Counted from the first letter of the stretch, positions 1 through 8,638 are shown. The stretch: 64,000 bases of DNA from Bordetella parapertussis (GCA_945862265.1 CAMAXP010000021.1:2091-66090), one strand, 5' to 3'. Notes: generated by a model not told the origin, from the sequence alone. Program-made: numbers and translations.

Positions 1-1199
1 GCCGCGGTCGGCGACATCAGCAGGCCGCCCGCGCCGATCATCTGCAGCACCTCGATGACCCTGGGGTAGAACGTGGGCAGCAGGCTGCGCAGCGCCTGCA
101 ACGGCGCGAGCGTGGTGCGCACGCTGCCCGACGGCAGCTTGTCGTGCTCGACCTCGGCCCGCACGATGGCGCTCTCGATCAGCTCGACGTAACTCATGCA
201 TTCGCCCAGCTTTTCCTGCACGTGCAGGAACTGGTCGGCCTTGATGGCGCGGGCCACGGCCTGCGCGAGCCCGACCGCGAAGCGCATCTTCACCAGCGCG
301 CGGACGTTGGTCTGGTGCCCGGTGTGGTTGCGCAGCGCCGTGTCCGGGTACAACGCGTTGGCCAGCGCCACGTTGTTGTAGATGAAGACGCGATCCCACG
401 GGATCAGCACATCGTTGAAGATCAGGATCGAATCGCATTCCTCGAAATTCGCCGCGAGCGGATGGTCGAAATCGGCCCGATCCCCCCAGTTGTAGGGCTC
501 GCGGCAGATCTGGCGCAGGCCCGGCGCGTCGATGGGCACCGCGAACGCGCACGCGTGCGGCTCGTCGCCCGGGCGCATCCCTGGCAGGTTGTAGATCAGC
601 ATCTCGTCGCAGATCGGCCCCATCGTCGCAAGCATGCGCGCGCCACGGATCACGATGCCCTCGGGCGTCTCTTTCACCACGCCCATGTGCAGGTGCGGGT
701 CGGCCTGCTCGGACGAACTCTTGGAGCGGTCGTTCTGCGGCGAGATCAGCGCATGGCTGAGGAAGAGGTCGTTCTCGCGGATGTACTCGTAGTAGCGCAC
801 GAGGTTGTCGGCGTACTTCTGACCGTCGCGCGCGAAGACGTCCTTGGCTTCGGCAAAGGCCAGCAGCACCGTGTTCATGAAGTCCGGCGAGCGCCCCATC
901 AGGCCGAAGGTCGCCTCCGACACCAGCTGGAAGGCCTTGCGGCGCTTGACGAGGTCCTCGTAGCTGCGCGGGGCCATAAAGGCGGTGGCCACCGGGTCGC
1001 CGGTGGAGGGCGAAGGGTAGGTAAGCACCTCCCGGTGGGCCGGGTCGTGCTGCAGGTCGTACAGCGCCGCGAGCCGCTCGATGGGCCGCTTGAAGGCCGG
1101 GTGCGTGGTGACGTCGTGCACACGCTCGCCGCGCAACCAGACCTCGCGCGGGCGCTTGCGGAGGTCCTCGATGAACTGCTTACCTGAACGGACGGGCAT
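1..1199 (-). CDS. HpaB-family two-component flavin-dependent aromatic monooxygenase, oxygenase subunit (4-hydroxyphenylacetate 3-monooxygenase-like); partial, C-terminus lies beyond the window edge
   Basis: Own translation of the minus strand from ATG at 1199-1197: MPVRSGKQFIEDLRKRPREVWLRGERVHDVTTHPAFKRPIERLAALYDLQHD... The frame was spot-checked mid-gene (GIVIRGARMLATMGPICDE) and is still open at nt 1 (VIEVLQMIGAGGLLMSPTAA). The GERV.DVT.HPAF N-terminal block is typical of HpaB enzymes. It is absent from the ORF track because there is no stop in the window. Track ORF 144..1187(+) is its antisense shadow. Confidence 0.8.
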   Translation of the reverse strand, partial: MPVRSGKQFIEDLRKRPREVWLRGERVHDVTTHPAFKRPIERLAALYDLQHDPAHREVLTYPSPSTGDPVATAFMAPRSYEDLVKRRKAFQLVSEATFGLMGRSPDFMNTVLLAFAEAKDVFARDGQKYADNLVRYYEYIRENDLFLSHALISPQNDRSKSSSEQADPHLHMGVVKETPEGIVIRGARMLATMGPICDEMLIYNLPGMRPGDEPHACAFAVPIDAPGLRQICREPYNWGDRADFDHPLAANFEECDSILIFNDVLIPWDRVFIYNNVALANALYPDTALRNHTGHQTNVRALVKMRFAVGLAQAVARAIKADQFLHVQEKLGECMSYVELIESAIVRAEVEHDKLPSGSVRTTLAPLQALRSLLPTFYPRVIEVLQMIGAGGLLMSPTA

Positions 1200-1205
1200 G
1201 ATTCC

Positions 1206-2156
1206 TCACTTGTCTTTTGAAGCGGCATGCATGACACCCATGCCTACGATCCATTCCGGGATCGCCCGGTAGTACTCAACGGTAGATGAATAATTCCCCG
1301 CCGTCGCCAGCGCGGCAAAAGCGGCCTGCCAGGCACGGACCTCGGGACCGCCCGAACCGCCATCGCGACGCACTTCGTCATCCTTCATGCGGTCGAACGC
1401 GGCCATATCGCCCTTGGACAGCAGGTCAAGGACCTGTGCGTCCCACACAGGATTGAGCGGCTGGCACGGCCCTTCTCCGCGTGCGGAAGCACGGCCGGCA
1501 TCGATGATGCGTTGCTGGCGGGTCGCCATCGCCTCGGGCGAGGGATTGCGCCCGGCGATCAGGAATTCGCGCCGCGCGGCATCGGCCGTGGCGAGTTGCG
1601 GCAGGGGCGGGTCATGCGACAGGCCGCCCGACCCGACGAACAGGACGCGCTTGCCGAGGCCCTGCGCGTACCGGCCGATCGCTTCGCCCAGCGCGCGCAC
1701 GCGCGAGAACTTCGGCAGCGGCGCGGCGGCGCAATTGATGAAGATCGGCACGATCGGGTAGCGCACGGCGGAGCCCACCGTGACCTGCCAGAACTGGGTG
1801 AACCCGTGGTCCACCACCATGCGGTATGAGAGCGCCGGGTCGATGTCCGCCTCGGCAAGGGCGGCATACGCGCCCATCGCGAGGTCTTCGGGCACGTTCA
1901 GCGGGCCGGAATGGGTCCCGTAGTCGCCCATGGCCGAGGCCTTCACACCCACGCAGAACGGCGGCATCAGGTCGTAGAAGAACCCGTTGTAGTGGTCGGG
2001 TGAAAATTGGAACACGACCTCTGGGTCGAACGCCTCGATGCGCCGGCCGAGCCGCTGCAGTGCCGCGTGCACGTCCTCGCCCACGCCGTCCGCGAGCTGC
2101 GTGAACGGCATCAACGGGGTGTGCGAAGCGCAGGCCGCCTGGAACAATGCGCTCAT
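1206..2156 (-). CDS. mhpB: Class III (LigB-type) extradiol ring-cleavage dioxygenase, 2,3-dihydroxyphenylpropionate/2,3-dihydroxycinnamate 1,2-dioxygenase-like
   Basis: 316-aa ORF, near-collinear with E. coli MhpB as I recall it. Shared blocks: FSPDHYNGFFYDLMPPFCVG, VVDHGFTQ, FVGSGGLSHDPPLPQ, PLNPVWD, YYRAIPEWIVG. Confidence 0.85.
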   Translation of the reverse strand: MSALFQAACASHTPLMPFTQLADGVGEDVHAALQRLGRRIEAFDPEVVFQFSPDHYNGFFYDLMPPFCVGVKASAMGDYGTHSGPLNVPEDLAMGAYAALAEADIDPALSYRMVVDHGFTQFWQVTVGSAVRYPIVPIFINCAAAPLPKFSRVRALGEAIGRYAQGLGKRVLFVGSGGLSHDPPLPQLATADAARREFLIAGRNPSPEAMATRQQRIIDAGRASARGEGPCQPLNPVWDAQVLDLLSKGDMAAFDRMKDDEVRRDGGSGGPEVRAWQAAFAALATAGNYSSTVEYYRAIPEWIVGMGVMHAASKDK

Positions 2157-2164
2157 GGCCGGGA

Positions 2165-3160
2165 TCAGCGCGGGTTGAACCGCGTGGTGAAGGCCGCCGC
2201 CGGCACATCGTCGAGGAACCCGCCGCCCATCACTTCGTTGGCCATCTTCGCGAACGTGGACAGCGACTTGATCGTCGCGTCATTCCAGGTCGTCGCGTAG
2301 TCGGCGAGCACGCGGTCGCGCAGGATCTTGGTGCCGGCTGCGTCGAGACCCAGCGCCTTGGCGGTCGGCTCGAAGACTTCCGGGTGGGTCCGCACGTAGG
2401 CCACGGATTCGATCCAGGCGCGCACGAACCCGGACAGCGCCGCGGGCTGCTGCGCGATGTAGTCGTCGTTCGTGGCCACGCCGATCCAGAGGAAGTCGTC
2501 GCCGACTTTTTCCTTGTAGACGTCGGCAAGGTTCACCACCGAACGGAAGGGGCCCGAAGCGATCGCCTTGGCCGCCAGCGGATCGAACAGCAGTGCAGCC
2601 GCAATCTCGTTCTTCTCCACGAGGCTGGGCAAGAGGCCCGGGCCGGCGTACTGCAGGTCATTGGTCTTGGCCGGGTCGTAGCCGTAGTAGCGCGAGGTCA
2701 GCACCCGGAAGAGAACGGTGGCGGTGCCCGCCGCACCCGCATACGAGCCGACCTTCTTGCCTTTGAGGTCGGCGAGCGACTTGAAGGTGGATCCCTTGGG
2801 CGCAATGATGTCGAGCGACACGCCGCGGCCCACCGGATAGAACATCGTCACCGGGAAGCCCTTGCTGCGGAACTGCGCGAACGCGGTCCAGCCGCCAAAG
2901 CCCACGTCCACCTGCTTGCCGCGGATCGCGGTGAACAGGCCGTCGAGCGTCGGGTAGGTGGAGTACTCGACCGCGATGCCGTGCTTCTTGTCGAAGCCCT
3001 GCTGGATCATCACGTTCGAGGCGATCGAGTTGAGCGCCTGCGCGAGGTCGCCGAGTCTCACCTTCACCGGCTCGGCCGCCCGGGCCGCCCCTGCGGTGAT
3101 CGTCAATGCGGTCAATGCGCACAGCGCCAGCACTTGCCTGATGCCTGGGGACTTCTTCAT
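2165..3160 (-). CDS. ABC transporter periplasmic substrate-binding protein (NMT1/SsuA-TauA-like, NitT/TauT family)
   Basis: 331 aa with a signal peptide (MKKSPGIRQVLALCALTALTITAGAARAAEP). Its start ATG 3160-3158 overlaps the ATPase stop (ATGA). It is the last gene of a permease-ATPase-SBP set. Confidence 0.8.
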   Translation of the reverse strand: MKKSPGIRQVLALCALTALTITAGAARAAEPVKVRLGDLAQALNSIASNVMIQQGFDKKHGIAVEYSTYPTLDGLFTAIRGKQVDVGFGGWTAFAQFRSKGFPVTMFYPVGRGVSLDIIAPKGSTFKSLADLKGKKVGSYAGAAGTATVLFRVLTSRYYGYDPAKTNDLQYAGPGLLPSLVEKNEIAAALLFDPLAAKAIASGPFRSVVNLADVYKEKVGDDFLWIGVATNDDYIAQQPAALSGFVRAWIESVAYVRTHPEVFEPTAKALGLDAAGTKILRDRVLADYATTWNDATIKSLSTFAKMANEVMGGGFLDDVPAAAFTTRFNPR

Positions 3161-3948
3161 GGCTTGCCTCCGGGTGGGTTCAACGCGGAATCGGTTTCGG
3201 GAACGGCGGGCTCCGCCACATCGGCGGCCGCAAGGAAGCGGCGCACGACGTCGCGGTTGACATCGAAAACTGCGGGATCGTCGTAGTCGCGCGGACGCGG
3301 CACGGTGACCTTGATCTGGTCACGGATGCGGCCGCGCGCCATCACCACCACGCGGTCGGCGAGGTACGCGGCCTCATAGGCGTTGTGCGTGACGAACACG
3401 ATGGTCTTGCGGCTCTCACGCCAAATGCGCAGGAGATCGATCCGCAGGCGGCGCGCGGTGAGCTCGTCCAGCCCGCCGAACGGTTCGTCCATCAGCAGGA
3501 TGCCGGGCTCGACGCAGAGCGCGCGCACGAGCGATACACGCTGGCGCATGCCGCCGGATAATTCATGCGGGTAGAACCCGCGAAAAGCCGACAACCCGAC
3601 GAGGTCGAAGTAATGGTCCTTGAGCTCCGCGCGCCGGGACTGCGGCACGGCGCAGCTGTCGAGGGCGAAGTCGACGTTCTTCTCGGCGGTGAGCCACGCC
3701 AGCAGGCGCGGCTCCTGGAAAAGGTAGCCCACGCGCGTCGCGCCGAGTTGCACGGTGCCGGTGTAGCCGCCTTCGAGCCCGGAAATGATATTGAGCAGCG
3801 TCGACTTGCCGCTGCCCGAGGGGCCGAGGATGCAGACGAACTCGCGATCCGCAATCGTGAGATCGAGGTCGCGCAACACGCTCAGCTGGCCAAACCTCTT
3901 GTTGAGGCCGGCGATCGCAATGGCTGCGGGTTCCACGGCTGCGTTCAC
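3157..3948 (-). CDS. ABC transporter ATP-binding protein (NitT/TauT family)
   Basis: Walker A GPSGSGKST, signature LSGGMRQR, Walker B LLMDEPFGGLD, H-loop FVTHN. I place the start at GTG 3948-3946 (VNAAVEPAAIAIAGLNKRF), which overlaps the permease stop as GTGA. The 495-aa track ORF 3157..4644 is an upstream over-extension into the permease gene. Confidence 0.9.
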   Translation of the reverse strand: MNAAVEPAAIAIAGLNKRFGQLSVLRDLDLTIADREFVCILGPSGSGKSTLLNIISGLEGGYTGTVQLGATRVGYLFQEPRLLAWLTAEKNVDFALDSCAVPQSRRAELKDHYFDLVGLSAFRGFYPHELSGGMRQRVSLVRALCVEPGILLMDEPFGGLDELTARRLRIDLLRIWRESRKTIVFVTHNAYEAAYLADRVVVMARGRIRDQIKVTVPRPRDYDDPAVFDVNRDVVRRFLAAADVAEPAVPETDSALNPPGGKP

Positions 3949-4688
3949 AGGCCCACCCGCGGACGCCAGCCGAAGAGGCGATGCTCGATCTGCTTGAGGA
4001 TGCCGAGCTCGATCACCAGCATCACCAGCGTGAAGAGGAGCGTCCAGGCCAGCACCTGCGCCATGTCCGCCAGCTGGTACCAGTAGAAGAGCTTGAACCC
4101 GACGCCATTGGGTCGCCCGATCAGCTCGACCAGCACCGCGATCTTCCAGACGATGCCCAGGCCCATGCGCACCGAAGCCATGATGTAGGGCATCACCTGC
4201 GGCAGCAGCACGCGGGCGAGGATGCGCGTGCGCCCGGCCTCGAAGATGCGCGCCATCTCGACCAGCTTGAAGTCGATGGTCTTCACGCCCTCCCAAAGAT
4301 TGATGGCGATCGACGGCGCGGCGGTCAGCCCGATCGCGACAATCGTGGCGGCCTCGTTGAGGCCGATCAGGATGAAGCAGATGATCGCGTAGCACAGGCT
4401 GGGCACGGTCAGGCCGACCATGACCCAGATGTCGAGCACTTTCTCCGCGCGGTGGTTGATCCCCATCAGGATGCCGAGCGGCACGCCGATCGCCATCGCG
4501 AGCGCCAGCCCGCCGGTGACGCGCAGCAAAGTGATTGCAAGGTGGGGCAGGACGTCGCCCTGCGCGAAGTCCTTCGCGAGGGTCACCGAGGCGACCCATG
4601 GCCCCGGAAGAAGGTTTGCCGGCATGGCCAGCGACAGCAGCCACCAGATCAAGAAGGCGCCGGCGAGGGACGCGAGCCTCAGCCCCAT
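3945..4688 (-). CDS. ABC transporter permease (BPD-type inner-membrane component, SsuC/TauC-like)
   Basis: 247 aa and multi-TM hydrophobic. EAA-like loop region ...MARIFEAGRTRILARVLLPQVMPY... It sits directly upstream of the ATPase with a 4-nt overlap. Confidence 0.88.
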   Translation of the reverse strand: MGLRLASLAGAFLIWWLLSLAMPANLLPGPWVASVTLAKDFAQGDVLPHLAITLLRVTGGLALAMAIGVPLGILMGINHRAEKVLDIWVMVGLTVPSLCYAIICFILIGLNEAATIVAIGLTAAPSIAINLWEGVKTIDFKLVEMARIFEAGRTRILARVLLPQVMPYIMASVRMGLGIVWKIAVLVELIGRPNGVGFKLFYWYQLADMAQVLAWTLLFTLVMLVIELGILKQIEHRLFGWRPRVGL

Positions 4689-4827
4689 GGCATCGCGCTC
4701 AATGCGGTACGCACTGCGACGAGAAATTGGTTGTAATTGGCAATCGTTCCATGGCTGTCGGATCCTACGGGCTGGCGCGGATCAGGACAAGCCCTGTTCT
4801 GCTGCGCGGTCGTGCACCCTGCAGGCC

Positions 4828-6042
4828 CTATGCATTCTTTGCATCCGCCCGGTGTGCGTGCAACCCCATCCATCGCTGTTGCAGAAAACGAAACAACAGC
4901 AAGGTCACCGGGATCATCAGCCAGAGCGTCATCGCGAACCACACCGGCGCTTCGGGCCTCTGCGTGGTGTCGAGGATCCACCCGGCCAGGGGCGGGATCA
5001 CGGACAGCCCGATGAAGTACATCGTCGAGGACACCCCGAATCCGGCGTTGCGACTGCCGGGCCGCAGCACCTCGGAGGGCAGCGCCATGATGCCGCCCGT
5101 GCAACCGCCGCGCAGCAGCCCGAAGAGCAGGATCCACGGCAGCACGACCGTGACCTGGGGCAGCATGAAACAGCACGCGGCCGCCCCCAGCGCGCCGAGC
5201 GTGATGAAGACGTTGGGTTTGCGTGTGCGGTCGGTCAGCAGCCCGCCCAGCGGCACGGAGGCCAGCGCCACGATGGCCGACAGGCTGACGAGGAACCCGG
5301 CCTGCGCCACGCCGGTGCCACGCGCGATGAGGAGCACCGGCGCAAAGCTCATGAAGAGCAAGTAGCCCGAGGCGAACAGCATGCGCATGATCGCCGCGAG
5401 CAGCGCGAGCACAAACTCCGGAAAACTGATCTGCAGGCGGAGGCCGGGTTGGGCTGCCCGACTCGCGTCCGCAGCCCCTTCCGGGTCGCGATAGACCGCC
5501 AGCACCATGGCCAGCGCCACGCCGACCAGCGCGGCGCTGGCCCACATCGCCGCCTGCCACGAACTGTAGGCGGCGATGCCCGAGAGCAGCCCCGTCGACA
5601 CGCCGACGCCAAGGCCGAAGCTCGCTGCGTTGATCGCCATGGCGGTGGAGATCTCGCGGCCCGCGAACCAGTCGGTCACCACCTTCAGCCCCTGCGTGGT
5701 CAGGACTGCGGAGCCCGCGCCCCCGGCCACACGCGCCACAATCATCACTGCGTACGACTGGGTCATCGCCATCGCCACGCCAGAGCCCAGCATCAGGGTC
5801 AGCGCGATCGCCATGGCACGCCGGTCGCCGAGCCGTCCTGCCAGCATGCCCCCGGGCAGCGCGAGGAACACCCCCGGCAACATGAACACCCCGGTCAGCA
5901 CACCGATCTCGGCGTAGCTCAGGCCCACCTGCGCGACGAGGAGCGGCGCAAGCGACTGGACGCTCTGCAGTTGCATGGCCGCAGCCAGGCCGAACAGGAA
6001 CATCAGGGCCAGCGCGGACCAGCGACTGCCGGAGTCGCCCAT
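4828..6042 (-). CDS. MFS transporter
   Basis: 404 aa, about 12 predicted hydrophobic segments. MFS loop motif LAGRLGDRRAM between TM2 and TM3. Confidence 0.85.
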   Translation of the reverse strand: MGDSGSRWSALALMFLFGLAAAMQLQSVQSLAPLLVAQVGLSYAEIGVLTGVFMLPGVFLALPGGMLAGRLGDRRAMAIALTLMLGSGVAMAMTQSYAVMIVARVAGGAGSAVLTTQGLKVVTDWFAGREISTAMAINAASFGLGVGVSTGLLSGIAAYSSWQAAMWASAALVGVALAMVLAVYRDPEGAADASRAAQPGLRLQISFPEFVLALLAAIMRMLFASGYLLFMSFAPVLLIARGTGVAQAGFLVSLSAIVALASVPLGGLLTDRTRKPNVFITLGALGAAACCFMLPQVTVVLPWILLFGLLRGGCTGGIMALPSEVLRPGSRNAGFGVSSTMYFIGLSVIPPLAGWILDTTQRPEAPVWFAMTLWLMIPVTLLLFRFLQQRWMGLHAHRADAKNA

Positions 6043-6056
6043 GGCAGGGGGACGGC

Positions 6057-6398
6057 CTAGGACTGCGCCTGCAAGCGCTCGTCGGGAGGGGCGATCTGGG
6101 TCACGAGGTCGCGGATCAGCGCCTTGTTGGGCAGCGGCTCGACAAGCATGTCGCGCGCCTCGAGCCGTGCGGTGCAGGAATAGACGGTCTTGCCGTCAAC
6201 GGCCACCATGCACTCCTTGCAGGTATTCGCGGTGGTGCACGAGTAGCGGATGGCGAGGGTCGGGTCGGTATGCGCGCGGATCCAGCGCAGCGCGTCGAGC
6301 ACGGACTGGCCGGGCTCGAACGGGACTTCATGCACTTCGTAACGCGTTGCACCGCCCGCGACACCACGCAGGATCTTCAGCCTTGTGACGGAACTCAT
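6057..6398 (-). CDS. Small 2Fe-2S ferredoxin-like protein resembling only the N-terminal domain of succinate dehydrogenase/fumarate reductase iron-sulfur subunit
   Basis: Start chosen at ATG 6398-6396 (MSSVTRLKILRG...), overlapping the flavoprotein stop as ATGA; 113 aa. Four Cys in SCTTANTCKECMVAVDGKTVYSC (C-x5-C-x2-C-x11-C), followed by LPNKALIRDLV. There are no further Cys clusters. Confidence 0.7.
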   Translation of the reverse strand: MSSVTRLKILRGVAGGATRYEVHEVPFEPGQSVLDALRWIRAHTDPTLAIRYSCTTANTCKECMVAVDGKTVYSCTARLEARDMLVEPLPNKALIRDLVTQIAPPDERLQAQS

Positions 6399-8017
6399 CG
6401 GATCACCTGGTTCTTCTGCCATGCCGGGTCCATGCCGGGGTAGTCCTCCCGCTGGTGCGCGCCACGGCTTTCGGTGCGCTGCAGGGCGGAGTGTGTCACG
6501 CCTTCGGCCACGGCAAGCATGGTGCGCAGATCCAGCCAGTCGACCAGCGCGGTGTCGTAGGCCGTGCCGCCCGGCGGTTTCGCTGCAGGCAGGCTCGCGC
6601 GCATGGCGCGGATCCGGGAGAGCGCGCGCTCGAGGCCAGGCCCGGCCCGGAACGGCCCCACATCCTTTTGCATGAGCGCCTGCAGCTCTTCAATCATCGC
6701 CGCGGGGTTGGGGCCGGACCCCGGGGTGCCGTCCATGAGGAAGTCGACTGCGCCCGCGAACGCCGGGGCACTTGCCGCAGGCGAAGTCCGCGCCAGCGCG
6801 CGTGCCGCCGCGCTCTTGCCCGCCGTGCGCCCGAACACAAGCGCTTCGGTAATCGCGTTGCCGGAAAGCCGGTTCGCGCCGTTCGCCCCGCCGACCGCTT
6901 CGCCCGCCACAAAAAGGCCGGGCACACGCGTGGCCATCGAGACGTCCGCCTTCACCCCGCCCATATGGTAGTGGGCGATCGGCGCAACTTCGATGGCCTG
7001 CTTTGTGAGGTCGATCCCGTTTTTCGCGAGGCGGTCGATCACCGGCCCGGCGGCCGCCCGCAGCTCGGCCTCGGTGCAATGCTCGAACGACAGCCAGGCC
7101 CCGCCGTGAGGAGAGCCGCGCCCGGCTTCGACTTCCTTCACGATCGCGTAGGTGGCGAGGTCGCGCGTCACGACGTACTTGCCCTCGTCCGTGGCGCCGT
7201 AGTTGTGCACGAACTCCTCGCGCGCGCCGTTGAGGAGCCGGCCGCCGAGCTTATAGCGGAAGGGGTCCCACATGATCGGATCCATGCCGATCAGCCGCGG
7301 GGCCAGGTGCCCGATGGGGAAGAACTGCACGAACTCCATGTCGATGAGTTCCGCCCCCGCGGCATGGCAGAGCGCGTAGCCGTCCCCGCCCATATTGGCC
7401 GAGGCGCTGTTGCGTTGGTAAAGGCGCGTGAGGCCGCCGGTGGCTACGATCACGGATGCAGCCGCGATCGTGATGGCGTCGCCGGTGGGCAGGTGAAGCG
7501 CCACCGCGCCGACACACTCGCCTTCGCGCACCAAGAGATCGGTCACCAGCAGGTCGCCGACACGACGGATGTCCGGCGTACGGATGAGCCGTGTGCGCAG
7601 CGTCTTCGATACCGCCGGTCCCGTATTGAGGAAATCCACGTATACGCAGCGCGGGCGGTCGTGTCCGGGCGCATGGGCTTGCTTCATGTGGCCGTCTTCG
7701 CGGGCCCAGCCCACGCCCCAGCCGTCCATCTCGCGGATCACTTCCGGGCCCTCTTCACAGAGCAGTCGCGCGAGGGCCGGGTCGCACAGGCCGCGCCCGG
7801 ACGCGAGGGTGTCCGCGAGGTGGTGCTCCCAGTGGTCGGGTTCCTGCTCGCCCGCCGCCACCGCCACGGTCATCTGCGCCATGATGGTTGCGCCCCCCCG
7901 GCCGATGAGGCTGCGGTCGGCAAGAATAACCTTCGCGCCGGTGCGGGCGGCCTCGAGGGCCGCGTACATACCGGCGCCGCCGGCGCCGATCACCAGCACG
8001 TCCGTAGATAGATGCAT
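6395..8017 (-). CDS. FAD-dependent oxidoreductase of the succinate dehydrogenase/fumarate reductase/L-aspartate oxidase flavoprotein family (soluble type)
   Basis: 540 aa. Motifs: DVLVIGAGGAGMYAALEAA dinucleotide fold, AHYHMGGV, NRLSGNAITEALVFGR, ESRGAHQREDYP. Confidence 0.85.
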   Translation of the reverse strand: MHLSTDVLVIGAGGAGMYAALEAARTGAKVILADRSLIGRGGATIMAQMTVAVAAGEQEPDHWEHHLADTLASGRGLCDPALARLLCEEGPEVIREMDGWGVGWAREDGHMKQAHAPGHDRPRCVYVDFLNTGPAVSKTLRTRLIRTPDIRRVGDLLVTDLLVREGECVGAVALHLPTGDAITIAAASVIVATGGLTRLYQRNSASANMGGDGYALCHAAGAELIDMEFVQFFPIGHLAPRLIGMDPIMWDPFRYKLGGRLLNGAREEFVHNYGATDEGKYVVTRDLATYAIVKEVEAGRGSPHGGAWLSFEHCTEAELRAAAGPVIDRLAKNGIDLTKQAIEVAPIAHYHMGGVKADVSMATRVPGLFVAGEAVGGANGANRLSGNAITEALVFGRTAGKSAAARALARTSPAASAPAFAGAVDFLMDGTPGSGPNPAAMIEELQALMQKDVGPFRAGPGLERALSRIRAMRASLPAAKPPGGTAYDTALVDWLDLRTMLAVAEGVTHSALQRTESRGAHQREDYPGMDPAWQKNQVIR

Positions 8018-8153
8018 AGGTTCGAGGATTTACTTGTAAGCACACTATTCTAAGGCAACGTTCACGCCCTTCGCGAAGAAATTTCCGCTCCGCATCATCC
8101 GCGCGCCTTCCAAATTGCTTGCAAACGCACATAACCCGGCGTAGCTTTCCCGC

Positions 8154-8615
8154 ATGCCGACATTCGACCTCGAAGGCCACAGCTTCTTCTGGATGACGCA
8201 GGTCATGGCCTGCCGCGACCGGCAGCTGGCCCAGGAACTCAAGGGCGAAGGCCTGCGCGTGCCGGAATGGCGCGCCCTTGCTTCTCTGCACGCAAAGAAG
8301 AGCCTGTCGATGAGCGAACTGTCGGACCTCGCCTCGATCGACCGCTCGACCCTCACGCGCACCATGGACCGCATGCAGAAGTCGGGCTGGGTGACACGAC
8401 TCTCGGATTCCGACGACATGCGCGTCACGCGCCTCGCGCTCACCGCCTCAGGGCAGCGCCTCTTCGCCCGCGTGTGGCCCATCGTCAAACGATTGAACAT
8501 CGCGGCCTGCGCCGGCCTGCCCGAGTCCGCGCTAGGCATGCTGCGCTGGACGCTCGAACACATGCGCCAAAACCTCGACGCGGGACTGGCCAACCAGGAC
8601 AGCCGCGCCGCCTGA
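8154..8615 (+). CDS. MarR family transcriptional regulator
   Basis: 153 aa. Winged-HTH region LSMSELSDLASIDRSTLTRTMDRMQKSGWVTR...D.R..RLALT. It is divergent from the flavoprotein operon and upstream of the Rieske genes. Confidence 0.88.
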   Translation: MPTFDLEGHSFFWMTQVMACRDRQLAQELKGEGLRVPEWRALASLHAKKSLSMSELSDLASIDRSTLTRTMDRMQKSGWVTRLSDSDDMRVTRLALTASGQRLFARVWPIVKRLNIAACAGLPESALGMLRWTLEHMRQNLDAGLANQDSRAA

Positions 8616-8638
8616 CCGGATTTCAGAAGGAGAACCTG

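Noticed and set aside
144-1187. 347-aa plus-strand ORF at the left edge
   Set aside because: Arg/Val/His/Asp-rich composition typical of an antisense shadow in high-GC DNA. The opposite strand encodes a convincing HpaB-family protein in the same interval.
3157-4644. 495-aa minus-strand ORF spanning the ATPase and most of the permease gene
   Set aside because: Only the last 263 codons (from GTG 3948) look like an ABC ATPase. The upstream part is an out-of-frame read of the permease gene, which has its own well-formed ORF at 3945..4688.
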